Made by a program: the position numbers and the translations under genes. Shown piece after piece: positions 9,913 to 19,812 of a stretch of 23,520 nucleotides of DNA (positions are counted from its first letter, which is position 1; each line of letters opens with the position of its first letter). Source of the DNA: Macrostomum lignano (Eukaryota); assembly GCA_002269645.1 (NCBI GenBank), contig NIVC01005179.1, positions 1 to 23,520 on the forward strand, read 5' to 3'. A model generated the notes under the pieces. It did not search any database. It had not been told where the DNA came from and saw only the letters and a program-made list of their open reading frames with translations.

Positions 9913-9961
9913 GGGTGGGGGTGGGTGCGGTGTGCGTGGTGTGGGGTGGTGGGGGTTGGGG
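9913..9961 (+). other. G-rich tract with G-quadruplex potential
   Basis: Six runs of 3-5 G with mostly short loops: GGGTGGGGGTGGG...GGGGTGGTGGGGGTTGGGG. Confidence 0.4.
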
Positions 9962-10296
9962 TCGCGCTGGTCCTTTTATTCGCGTGCTCTGCCCTCAGCG
10001 TTGGCATGCTTGGCAAAAAATTTTTTTGGCTACCAAAGATATCGATATCTCACTGCCAATATGCTCCGCGCTGACAATCTAACAGCCAAACAACTCAAGA
10101 ATGAGTGATTCCTGCACGCCGATGAGTGTGTCAATGGCAAAATTGACGCACGATTCTGCCATTGACGCACGAGTCGGCGTGTTGGAATCCCATTGTCGAT
10201 TGACTATTAAGTTGCATCATAAATTTGAGTGAGTGCACAGAGAGGGGTCAAGGGGGCGAAGCCCCCTTGCGGGGGTGTGGGGGCGGAGCCGCGGTG

Positions 10297-10680
10297 GAAC
10301 AAGCCAAGGACTACGCCCGGTACAAAATCCAAGTGGCTGAGCTTTTCGACCGATTCCCAGTGCACCGGGTGGTCCGATTCGACCATGACTACCGCCAGCA
10401 TCGCGCCGCCAACACTCTCCGCTGGGGAAAAGACTGCTCCCAGATGTTTATCAGGTACCTGCTCAGCACCAAGAGTGACCAGCAGAACTAGCAGAACCAG
10501 ACAGCCAGGCGTCCCCAGCCTAAAAATAACCGCATCGTTGGGCCGCGAACATCCTCAGGCCGTGAGCTCTGTCTGTCTTTCAACAGCACCAACGGATGCT
10601 CAAGAACGAACTGCCGCTTTCTGCATGCCTGTCGAGTCTGCGAGGGCAACCACTCCGAGCAGAATCACGCAAAAAACTGA
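10297..10680 (+). pseudogene. gag-like ORF1 C-terminus of the YR retrotransposon
   Basis: YKIQVAELFDRFPVHRVVRFDHDYRQHRAANTLRW, then a premature TAG at 10489-10491, then in the same frame CLSFNSTNGCSRTNCRFLHACRVCEGNH. Confidence 0.72.
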
Positions 10681-10799
10681 GAAAGCGCGCCAATTGCGCG
10701 CGCACAGCCGATTTTACGCCTTCTGATTTTAACAACCTGACGCAGCCTGCCCCAGCGGCAGGCCTCCTCAGGCCGTCTACTCAAATCTCTGATCTGACG

Positions 10800-12300
10800 C
10801 GGCCGTCTGGTGATCTCCGAATCGACGCCTGGCGCCTGGAGCTCGCCGGTGACCACGACGCTGATTTTATTCTTGACGGCATCCCTATGGCTTCCATGGC
10901 TTCCCTATTAAGCATGGCTTCCCTATTGCTGATGACCTTGATTTTACGCCCTGTTTTCTGAGCAACTACAAATCCTCCTACCAAAAGCGCGACCAAGTCC
11001 AAGCAGCCCTAGAAGAAGAAATCCGTCTGGGCAGATACATCCCGGTGGCGGACAAGCCCACGATGGTCTGCAAACTCGGCGCGATTCCTAGGGACAGCGC
11101 CAGCATCTGGCTGATCCACGACTGCTCCGTTCCTCACCGCCAAAGCCTGAACGACCACTACGCACAGCAGCGCAAGCTCCGCTTCACTTCTGTCGATGAG
11201 GCCGTCAGGTTGATGCAGCCGGGCTGGTTCATGGCGAAGGTTGACATCGCATCCGCCTACCGTGCTGTGCCCATTTCTCCGCAGTGCTACCAAGCCACCG
11301 GGATCCACTGGGACTTCGGTGACGGGCGCTCGGCTTACATAGTGGACACGCGGCTACCATTCGGCAGTCGTGCCTCTGTCAGCATCTTCCATCGTCTCAC
11401 TCAAGCGGTTCGGCGTATCATGTGCCGCAAAGGCTTCCTGGCCACCATTGTCTTCATAGATGACTTTCTTGTCATGGCGAGGACAGAAGCTGAGTGCAAC
11501 CGAGCCTACTGCGAGCTGCGTAACCTGCTCACCGAGCTTGGATTCGTCATCATCGAGAGAAAAGCCGTGCCACCAACAACCAAGCTGCGGTTCCTGGGGA
11601 TAGACATCGATACCGTGCAAGCGAGCCTCTCTTTCCCAGCTGACAAAGCCAAGAAGCTTCAGTTCCCACTTCACACCTGCCTGTCGCAGCAAGACGTGTC
11701 GAAGTCTGAGTTGCAGAAGCTGCTAGGGCATCTCAGCCATATGTGCACTACCGCTCAGCACGGTCGAACCTTCCTGCGCCCGCTCATCGATCTCACCAAT
11801 AGCCTGACGCACCCGTCCGACCGTGTTCAAGTTAACGGTGGAGCTCAGGTCTCAGCTGGAGTGGTGGACGATCGCGTTGAGCATTCTGCCGCCAAAGTCC
11901 GCTTGGCCATCGCGTCGGCCGGCCGCCGCTATCGAGTCTGACGCCTGCGTCGCAGGCGGCGTAGCGGTGCTGCACTTCGACGACAGTGACTCGACCTGGC
12001 TTTTTATTAGCTGGCGGTAGCGAGTTCGAAGAGCTCCACATCAAACTCAAGGAGTGCGCCGCCCCTCTGGTCGCTATCCTGAAGCATCAAGAGGCCCTCA
12101 GCGGCCGCTCCGTTGCGGTGTGCACGGACAGCACCGCTGCCTGCGGCATCATCAACTCTAGCTCGGCCAAGCATCGCAGCATCGCCGACCTGCAGAGGCT
12201 CGTCACTCTGACCTGCATCCAGCGTGACATTATCGTGCGCGCGTACCACGTGCCTGGCCGCTTTCAGCTTCTCGCGGACCCGCTATCCAGAGCTAACGAC
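10800..12300 (+). pseudogene. RT/RNase H of the YR retrotransposon, frameshifted
   Basis: AWRLELAGDHDADFILDGI, EEEIRLGRY, AKVDIASAYRAVPI, LPFGSRAS, FIDDFL, FLGIDIDT; then IESDAC, ELHIKLKE, VCTDS, HVPG..QLLADPLSR. Frame changes near 10884, 11835 and 12010. Confidence 0.88.
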
Positions 12301-12399
12301 CCTAGCCAGCTTGCTAACTTTTTTTTCGTTTCTACGGCACCTGCTACGTGCCTACCCGCTTGCTTGCATCTGCTTGCTTGAGTCCTGCCGCTGCTTCTC

Positions 12400-12645
12400 A
12401 CCTTCTTTTTCAGGTCCGCCTCCTGTGCTCTCAGTGCCTAGCTTCAGCTCGTCCGAAACTACTCGTGTGCAACCACCTGGCGGAGCTGGCTAGAAACCGA
12501 CTGTTCTCCGTCAGCAGCCTGTCCTGTCACCTCGCAGCCGTGTCCTGGTTCTACAAGGCGAACGGTGTGGTCGACTCTACCAAGCAGCCACTGGTACAGC
12601 TCGCGCTGCGCGGAGCCCGACGGCTCCTTGGTGCTGCCCCTAAGT
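12400..12645 (+). pseudogene. N-terminal (core-binding/SAM-like) part of a tyrosine recombinase, truncated
   Basis: NHLAELARNRLFSVSSLSCHLAAVSWFYKANGVVDSTKQPLVQLALRGARR, in the position expected after RNase H. Breaks off into AT-rich DNA before the catalytic domain. Confidence 0.72.
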
Positions 12646-12835
12646 TTTAAACGAGTTTTAACCAAGTTTTAACCAACAAAGTTTTAACCAAGTTTTTCTT
12701 GTTTTAAACGCTAATTTCTTTCCCCTAAGCCGTCATGACCCAGAGGAAGAAGGCAGTTATAGATGTCTAGCCAACGTACATGCAACAAATAGGTTTGTTT
12801 TTGTTCTGTTTCAAGTTGTTTTCGTCTAAAGCTGA

Positions 12836-12935
12836 ATGGCCAAGCGCTACTGCGCTGCTCAGGACTGCTCATCTAAGACTGGTGACAGAAAGGAGGACGG
12901 CAGCAAGGTTAGTTTTTTTACTTTCCTATTAAGTC
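12836..12935 (+). pseudogene. THAP-domain-like N-terminal fragment, probably a DNA transposon relic
   Basis: MAKRYCAAQDCSSKTGDRKEDGSKVSFFTF resembles the THAP start (C-x4-C...F.FP). The distal C-x2-H was not found in frame. Confidence 0.4.
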
Positions 12936-13683
12936 AAGCCAGCAACAGCAGTGCGCGAAGGTGTCTCCATGGCTGTGTTTTCCAGATTGTGCTGTTACAT
13001 GGGGTCGAGGAAAATCACAGATATTTATTGCTGCGTGGAATTGCCCAACAATATGTTCAAATCAAGCTGCATCACACAGTGAGGAGACAAAATTTGCTTC
13101 AAACCTTCTCTGCGACGTCAGCTGACTAAAAAATTATGTTTCTTGGTCAGTGACTTCGAATGACCAATGTACCTGCTGTGCCATTTCGAATAGCTCTATA
13201 ATTTTTTCCTTATTTCCTTACTGTTACATTGGATGAGAGTTACGAGGAATAGAAGTGTACAAAGCTACAAAAAGTAACTTGACATTTTTTACTTTTCACT
13301 TTTTGACTAACTTCCCCCCCCCCCACTTATTCAAAGTTCGATCGCTTTATGCTTAGTTGTCTTGTTTGTTATTTGTTATTTGTTTCAATTACTGCCTCCT
13401 TCAATTTTCTCATAATCAGTCAAGTACAAAAAATACAAACTAATGCTGGTCTATCAAGAGGCAAAATTTGTTTACTTTGTTTATTAAATTCCATCAGCCA
13501 ATGAAATTCATGGGGGGGGAATATCCCAATTTTTAGTAGGTTTTGGCCATAGACTCGTTTTCAGATGAGCGATCCTTTCTTTTCCTTCAACCATGCTTAA
13601 AATGCGTCTGTCTAAGTTTTAGACCTTTAATTAAGAGTTATAACGTTCTCAAAAAATCTGAAGCTTATTAATTTGTCAGGAAA

Positions 13684-16600
13684 ATGCTTCGACAATTCAA
13701 TGCTCTGGTCATTGCTCTGGTCATTGCTCTGGTCATTGCTCTGCTCACAGGTGAGAATATATCGCAGTTTAGTTTATTGAACAACTCTTGTTTGCTATTG
13801 TCTATTGTCCTTCAACCCCTTTAATGATTACATTATTCCCATGTTTTTAGCCATATGATCCCTGTGTCACCTGGGATAAACCAGCCATATGATCCCTGTG
13901 TCACCTGGGATAAACCAGCCATATGATCCCTGTGTCACCTGGGATAAACCAGCCATATGATCCCTGTGTCACCTGGGATAAACCAGCCATATGATCCCTG
14001 CGTCACCTGGGATAAACCAGCCATATGATTCCTGTGTCACCGGGGATAAACCAGCCATATGATCCCTGTGTCCCCTGGGATAAACCAGCCATATGATTCC
14101 TGTGTCACCTGGGATAAACCAGCCATATGATTCCTGTGTCACCTGGGATAAACCAGCCATATGATTCCTGTGTCACCTGGGATAAACCAGCCATATGATC
14201 CCTGTGTCACCTGGGATAAACCAGCCATATGATCCCTGCGTCACCTGGGATAAACCAGCCATATGATTCCTGTGTCACCGGGGATAAACCAGCCATATGA
14301 TTCCTGTGTCACCTGGGATAAACCAGCCATATGATCCCTGTGTCACCTGGGATAAACCAGCCATATGATCCCTGCGTCACCTGGGATAAACCAGCCATAT
14401 GATTCCTGTGTCACCTGGGATAAACCAGCCATATGATTCCTGTGTCACCTGGGATAAACCAGCCATATGATCCCTGTGTCACCTGGGATAAACCAGCCAT
14501 ATGATTTCTGTGTCACCTGGGATAAACCAGCCATATGATCCCTGTGTCACCGGGGATAAACCAGCCATATGATCCCTGCGTCACCTGGGATAAACCAGCC
14601 ATATGATCCCTGTGTCACCGGGGATAAACCAGCCATATGATCCCTGTGTCCCCTGGGATAAACCAGCCATATGATTCCTGTGTCACCGGGGATAAACCAG
14701 CCATATGATTCCTGTGTCATCTGGGATAAACCAGCCATATGATCCCTGTGTCACCTGGGATAAACCAGCCATATGATCCCTGTGTCACCTGGGATAAACC
14801 AGCCATATGATCCCTGCGTCACCTGGGATAAACCAGCCATATGATCCCTGTGTCACCTGGGATAAACCAGCCATATGATTCCTGTGTCACCTGGGATAAA
14901 CCAGCCATATGATCCCTGCGTCACCTGGGATAAACCAGCCATATGATTCCTGTGTCACCTGGGATAAACCAGCCATATGATTCCTGTGTCACCTGGGATA
15001 AACCAGCCATATGATTCCTGTGTCACCTGGGATAAACCAGCCATATGATCCCTGTGTCACCTGGGATAAACCAGCCATATGATTTCTGTGTCACCTGGGA
15101 TAAACCAGCCATATGATCCCTGTGTCACCGGGGATAAACCAGCCATATGATCCCTGCGTCACCTGGGATAAACCAGCCATATGATCCCTGTGTCACCGGG
15201 GATAAACCAGCCATATGATCCCTGTGTCCCCTGGGATAAACCAGCCATATGATTCCTGTGTCACCGGGATAAACCAGCCATATGATTCCTGTGTCATCTG
15301 GGATAAACCAGCCATATGATCCCTGTGTCACCTGGGATAAACCAGCCATATGATCCCTGTGTCACCTGGGATAAACCAGCCATATGATCCCTGCGTCACC
15401 TGGGATAAACCAGCCATATGATCCCTGTGTCACCTGGGATAAACCAGCCATATGATTCCTGTGTCACCTGGGATAAACCAGCCATATGATCCCTGCGTCA
15501 CCTGGGATAAACCAGCCATATGATTCCTGCGTCACCTGGGATAAACCAGCCATATGATCCCTGTGTCACCTGGGATAAACCAGCCATATGATTCCTGTGT
15601 CACCTGGGATAAACCAGCCATATGATTCCTGTGTCACCGGGGATAAACCAGCCATATGATCCCTGCGTCACCTGGGATAAACCAGCCATATGATTCATGT
15701 GTCACCTGGGATAAACCAGCCATATGATTCATGTGTCACCTGGGATAAACCAGCCATATGATCCCTGCGTCACCTGGGATAAACCAGCCATATGATCCCT
15801 GTGTCACCTGAGATAAACCAGCCATATGATCCCTGCGTCACCTGGGATAAACCAGCCATATGATCCCTGCGTCACCTGGGATAAACCAGCTATATGATCC
15901 CTGTGTCACCTGGGATAAACCAGCCATATGATTCCTGTGTCACCTGGGATAAACCAGCCATATGATTCCTGTGTCACCTGGGATAAACCAGCCATATGAT
16001 CCCTGTGTCACCTGGGATAAACCAGCCATATGATCCCTGCGTCACCTGGGATAAACCAGCCATATGATCCCTGTGTCACCTGGGATAAACCAGCCATATG
16101 ATTCCTGTGTCACCGGGGATAAACCAGCCATATGATTCCTGTGTCACCTGGGATAAACCAGCCATATGATTCCTGTGTCACCTGGGATAAACCAGCCATA
16201 TGATCCCTGTGTCACTTGGGATAAACCAGCCATATGATCCCTGTGTCACCTGGGATAAACCAGCCATATGATTCCTGTGTCACCTGGGATAAACCAGCCA
16301 TATGATTCCTGTGTCACCGGGGATAAACCAGCCATATGATTCCTGTGTCACCTGGGATAAACCAGCCATATGATTCCTGTGTCACCTGGGATAAACCAGC
16401 CATATGATTCCTGTGTCACCTGGGATAAACCAGCAATATGATCCCTGTGTCACCTGGGATAAACCAGCCATATGATCCCTGCGTCACCGGGGATAAACCA
16501 GCCATATGATCCCTGTGTCACCTGAGATAAACCAGCCATATGATTCCTGTGTCACCTGGGATAAACCAGCCATATGATCCCTGTGTCACCTGGGATAAAC

Positions 16601-16927
16601 CAGCCATATGATTTCTGTGTCACCTGGGATAAACCAGCCATATGATCCCTGTGTCACCTGGGATAAACCAGCCATATGATCCCTGCGTCACCTGGGATAA
16701 ACCAGCCATATGATCCCTGTGTCCCCTGCAGCCAGCCATGCAAGCCTCAAAGGTACAATATAAACAATAAACTGCCACCCTCAGCTCTGCAATGCCAGGT
16801 GGCGGCTCTACCAGACGACTTAGTGAACTGCTTAACCTTCGGTTTCATGTGCAGCTCAAACTCGGACTGCTGCACGAACACCTGTGCCAGAAGATACAGG
16901 TCATTCCAATACGGACAGTGCAAATAG
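13684..16927 (+). CDS. ICK-3: secreted cystine-knot (knottin) peptide, two exons, join(13684..13750,16785..16927)
   Basis: Exon 1 encodes MLRQFNALVIALVIALVIALLT+G with donor CAG|GTGAGA (phase 1). Acceptor CCACCCTCAG|CT at 16784/16785. Product: MLRQFNALVIALVIALVIALLTALQCQVAALPDDLVNCLTFGFMCSSNSDCCTNTCARRYRSFQYGQCK*. Framework C-X6-C-X5-CC-X3-C-X11-C. AATAAA at 16964-16969. Confidence 0.8.
13849..16728. repeat. 34-bp satellite (CTGGGATAAACCAGCCATATGATCCCTGTGTCAC)n, about 85 copies, inside the ICK-3 intron
   Basis: Period 34 (CCATATG at 13851 and 13885). Variant monomers recur every 578 bp. Confidence 0.98.
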
Positions 16928-16963
16928 ACCGAGCTGAAAAGCTTTGCTTTCGTATTCTGTGGC

Positions 16964-16969
16964 AATAAA
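16964..16969 (+). promoter_or_regulatory. Putative polyadenylation signal of ICK-3
   Basis: AATAAA 37 bp after the TAG. Confidence 0.5.
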
Positions 16970-18243
16970 ATTGAAATCCCCAGCTTAAATTGATATTTTT
17001 CACTACTGCTTACTGATATTGATAAGTAGTATGTTTTTGCGCGCGGCGGAATACTGGTAGAAGTTTAGCCTCAAATGCTTCTTTACTCTGGTACAGATAA
17101 ATTATATAGTACTGTATAAATACGAGCTATATAGCGGCTCCATAGTTTCACCCCTGATCACGTGATCAGGATTCCACGAAGAGTGACGTCACTTTTGCAT
17201 GCTCACAGTTAATGTACACGAGTGCTTCTTTAAACATTTTAAGAGCCACTACAGTGTGAGTTTTTACGATCCACACCCTCTGGATCCACCACCTCTTATA
17301 TGATATCATTTTAGCATCCTGAATCTTTACCCGGAGGCCGAATTGAGATTTCGATTCCAGGGATTTAAGCACTTTGTCCATCATGAACTTGGAGAAATGA
17401 TCGTGGAGTCTGCAGGCAGACTTCTGCAACATCTGTTGGTCAGAGAGGCTCAGTGGTGTCAAAGGATTTTGGCAGAGACATAGCTTTTTATTTGATTTTG
17501 TATTTTTTACTTGTATGGCGATATTCGCAATTATCTCAATTTACTAGTAGTAATTTAAGCATTTCTAAAAAAATAGGACAAAAAATTACACTACGAGTAA
17601 TTAATTAAATGAGGTTCACAGGCGGTTGCTATGCTTACAAAGAAGGCATTTTGAGTATTCACAAAAAGAGTAGTATACCACGGGACGAGCAAGAAGGTGC
17701 TTAAGTGTCCACCAAGACAGACTTTCGACCGTCACAATAATGTGAATCATTCACAACAAAACGGGTTCATTACGCAATTTATTATTATAAGAAGTTTCCT
17801 GCAAAAATCTCCCATAAGGGTATTACCAACTAAGCTAACCTACAGTCAAGGACAACTCAAGTAACATATACAGGACGCTACACTCGAAATCGAAGATAAA
17901 TGTTTTGAAGGCAACTTTTCGCCGAAAAATACACTACAGAGATCAGGAGGTTTTACTTTTTTTCAGCACAAAAATTGTCATTGCCTTTGATAGGAGGCAG
18001 ATCCAGTGTTCATCTTTTGATATGTTGTGTCTTTCTTATTGCTCTATCGATATTCATAAAGCTTTTTGTTCAGAAATATTTTTAACGGCAGGTTTAACTG
18101 GAAAAATACACTACGGAGATGGGAAATTTCACGATTTTCAACCCTAAAACAGTGATTGGGTCTCTTAACTAAATAATAAATGAGGTGTTATGAAGCTCTC
18201 GCCTGGACTTATAGCCAACTGTCTAGAAGAAAAGTTACTCAAA

Positions 18244-18661
18244 GTGACTCAATCCATGCAGTCTCAGCTCCACGGGTGACTCAATCCATGCAGTCTCAGC
18301 TCCACGGGTGACTCAATCCATGCAGTCTCAGCTCCACGGGTGACTCAATCCATGCAGTCTCAGCTCCACGGGTGACTCAATCCATGCAGTCTCAGCTCCA
18401 CGGGTGACTCAATCCATGCAGTCTCAGCTCCACGGGTGACTCAATCCATGCAGTCTCAGCTCCACGGGGTGACTCAATCCATGCAGTCTCAGCTCCACGG
18501 GTGACTCAATCCATGCAGTCTCAGCTCCACGGGGTGACTCAATCCATGCAGTCCCAGCTCCACGGGTGACTCAATCCATGCAGTCTCAGCTCCACGGGTT
18601 GACTCAATCCATGCAGTCTCAGCTCCACGGGGTGACTCAATCCATGCAGTCTCAGCTCCAC
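18244..18661. repeat. Inverted copy of the 32-33-bp FReD 3' tandem repeat, about 13 units
   Basis: (GTGACTCAATCCATGCAGTCTCAGCTCCACGG)n, the reverse complement of 8390..8809. Confidence 0.95.
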
Positions 18662-18682
18662 GCGATTGACTCTCCCCCGTCA

Positions 18683-19812
18683 TCACTGGCGAATCAAGCA
18701 TTCGAAGTTCCTCATCGAGTAGAACAGCGTCAGCTCCAGGCCAGCGTCGTGCAGATAATAGTACATACCTCCGCCTGAAAATGCGGCTGGTGGCACCAGG
18801 TACACTCCGTTGGGGTTGATAAAAGTGCACAGGCCGAACCACCAACCAGCTGACCTGTCATGGGCGCAGTTGTTCGCAGCCCAGTTGTCATTGTCAGAAT
18901 CGGGTGTGCTGAACTGCCAGTTGTTCGGTGACCAGTCCGAATAAGTTCGCTGTCCGACACTCGACCTGCTCGCGTCCAACGGTCCCATCGAGCACCTGTA
19001 CTTGTCAGTCGCTGTGCCAACAGAGAACGGAGCATTCTCAGCCCAGTACCAGGTGCCGTTCCAGTCGCTGAACTCCCAGCGGACTCTCCACACTCCCGTG
19101 GCGGTGAGCTGGTGCAGCTGCTCCAGCCCCATCCAGTAGTTGAGACTCTCGCCCTGACCGAATCCACTGACGTACTCCGACCAGCCACGGTTGAAGCTGA
19201 CGGAGCCGTCGACTCTGCGCTGGAACGTCGTCCAGCAGGTTTCCGACGGCTCTTTCATCTGCAGTTTGAGAGACAGGACGATTCATCAGTCAGCGACCCA
19301 AGTCTCAGCTCACTCACCCACAGCATCATCAGCAGACTCAGCTTACTCACTCACAGCATCGGCAGACTCAGCTCACTCACCCACAGCACCGGCGGACTCA
19401 GCTCACTCACCTACAGCACCGGCAGACTCAGCTCACTCACCCACAGCATCGGCAGACTCAGCTCACTCACCCACAGCATCATCAGCAGACTCAGCTCACT
19501 CACCCACAGCATCGGCAGACTCAGGTCGCTCTCATGCCGGCACTTCCTGCAGCCGTCCTTGCCGCCCCGGTCGCAGACCAGCAGGTCGCAGCCGCCCGAT
19601 GCAGCGTCGAAGGAGGCCGCGTGAGCCCCGGCCACCGCAGCGCTGCTGACGCAGTGCGTCTCGGTTTGAGCTCGGATCGAGTTGAGCAGCCGGTACTCGG
19701 AGACGTCGCCTCGGAGCCGCTTCCAGGTCGTGACGGCCTGGGCCGAGACGGCCGGCAGGGCGAGCAGGACGGAGGCGATGGCGCAGAGATGAAGGCTCAG
19801 ATTTGAACTCAT
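18683..19812 (-). CDS. FReD-B: secreted fibrinogen-related domain protein, join(19812..19504,19258..18683), ~294 aa
   Basis: Signal peptide MSSNLSLHLCAIASVLLALPAVSA. Same donor and acceptor as FReD-A. The exon-2 ORF differs from FReD-A at 11 of 191 residues by my count. Confidence 0.85.
19304..19524. repeat. 30/33-bp splice-donor repeat of FReD-B, 7 units
   Basis: Reverse complement of the 7438..7751 array, lacking three units (93 bp). Confidence 0.92.

Larger units (their letters stand above)
10297..12645 (+). mobile_element. Internal fragment of a tyrosine-recombinase retrotransposon (DIRS order, Ngaro-like), decayed
   Basis: Order is gag C-terminus with Cys/His finger, RT, RNase H, start of YR. 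A premature stop and several frameshifts are present. Both ends are missing and no terminal repeats are seen. The Ngaro rather than DIRS1 call rests on remembered motif style and is less certain. Confidence 0.85.

Noticed and set aside
13849-16728. 34-bp repeats as a CRISPR array
   Set aside because: The repeats are head-to-tail with no unique spacers, there are no cas genes, and the context is a eukaryotic intron.
16676-16784. Met at 16676 as the ICK-3 start
   Set aside because: The ATG lies within the satellite and gives no signal peptide. The exon at 13684..13750 fits by phase and by paralogy.
17166-17462. 98-aa minus-strand ORF
   Set aside because: No recognisable motif, signal peptide or splice support. 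It may be a TE relic but cannot be assigned.
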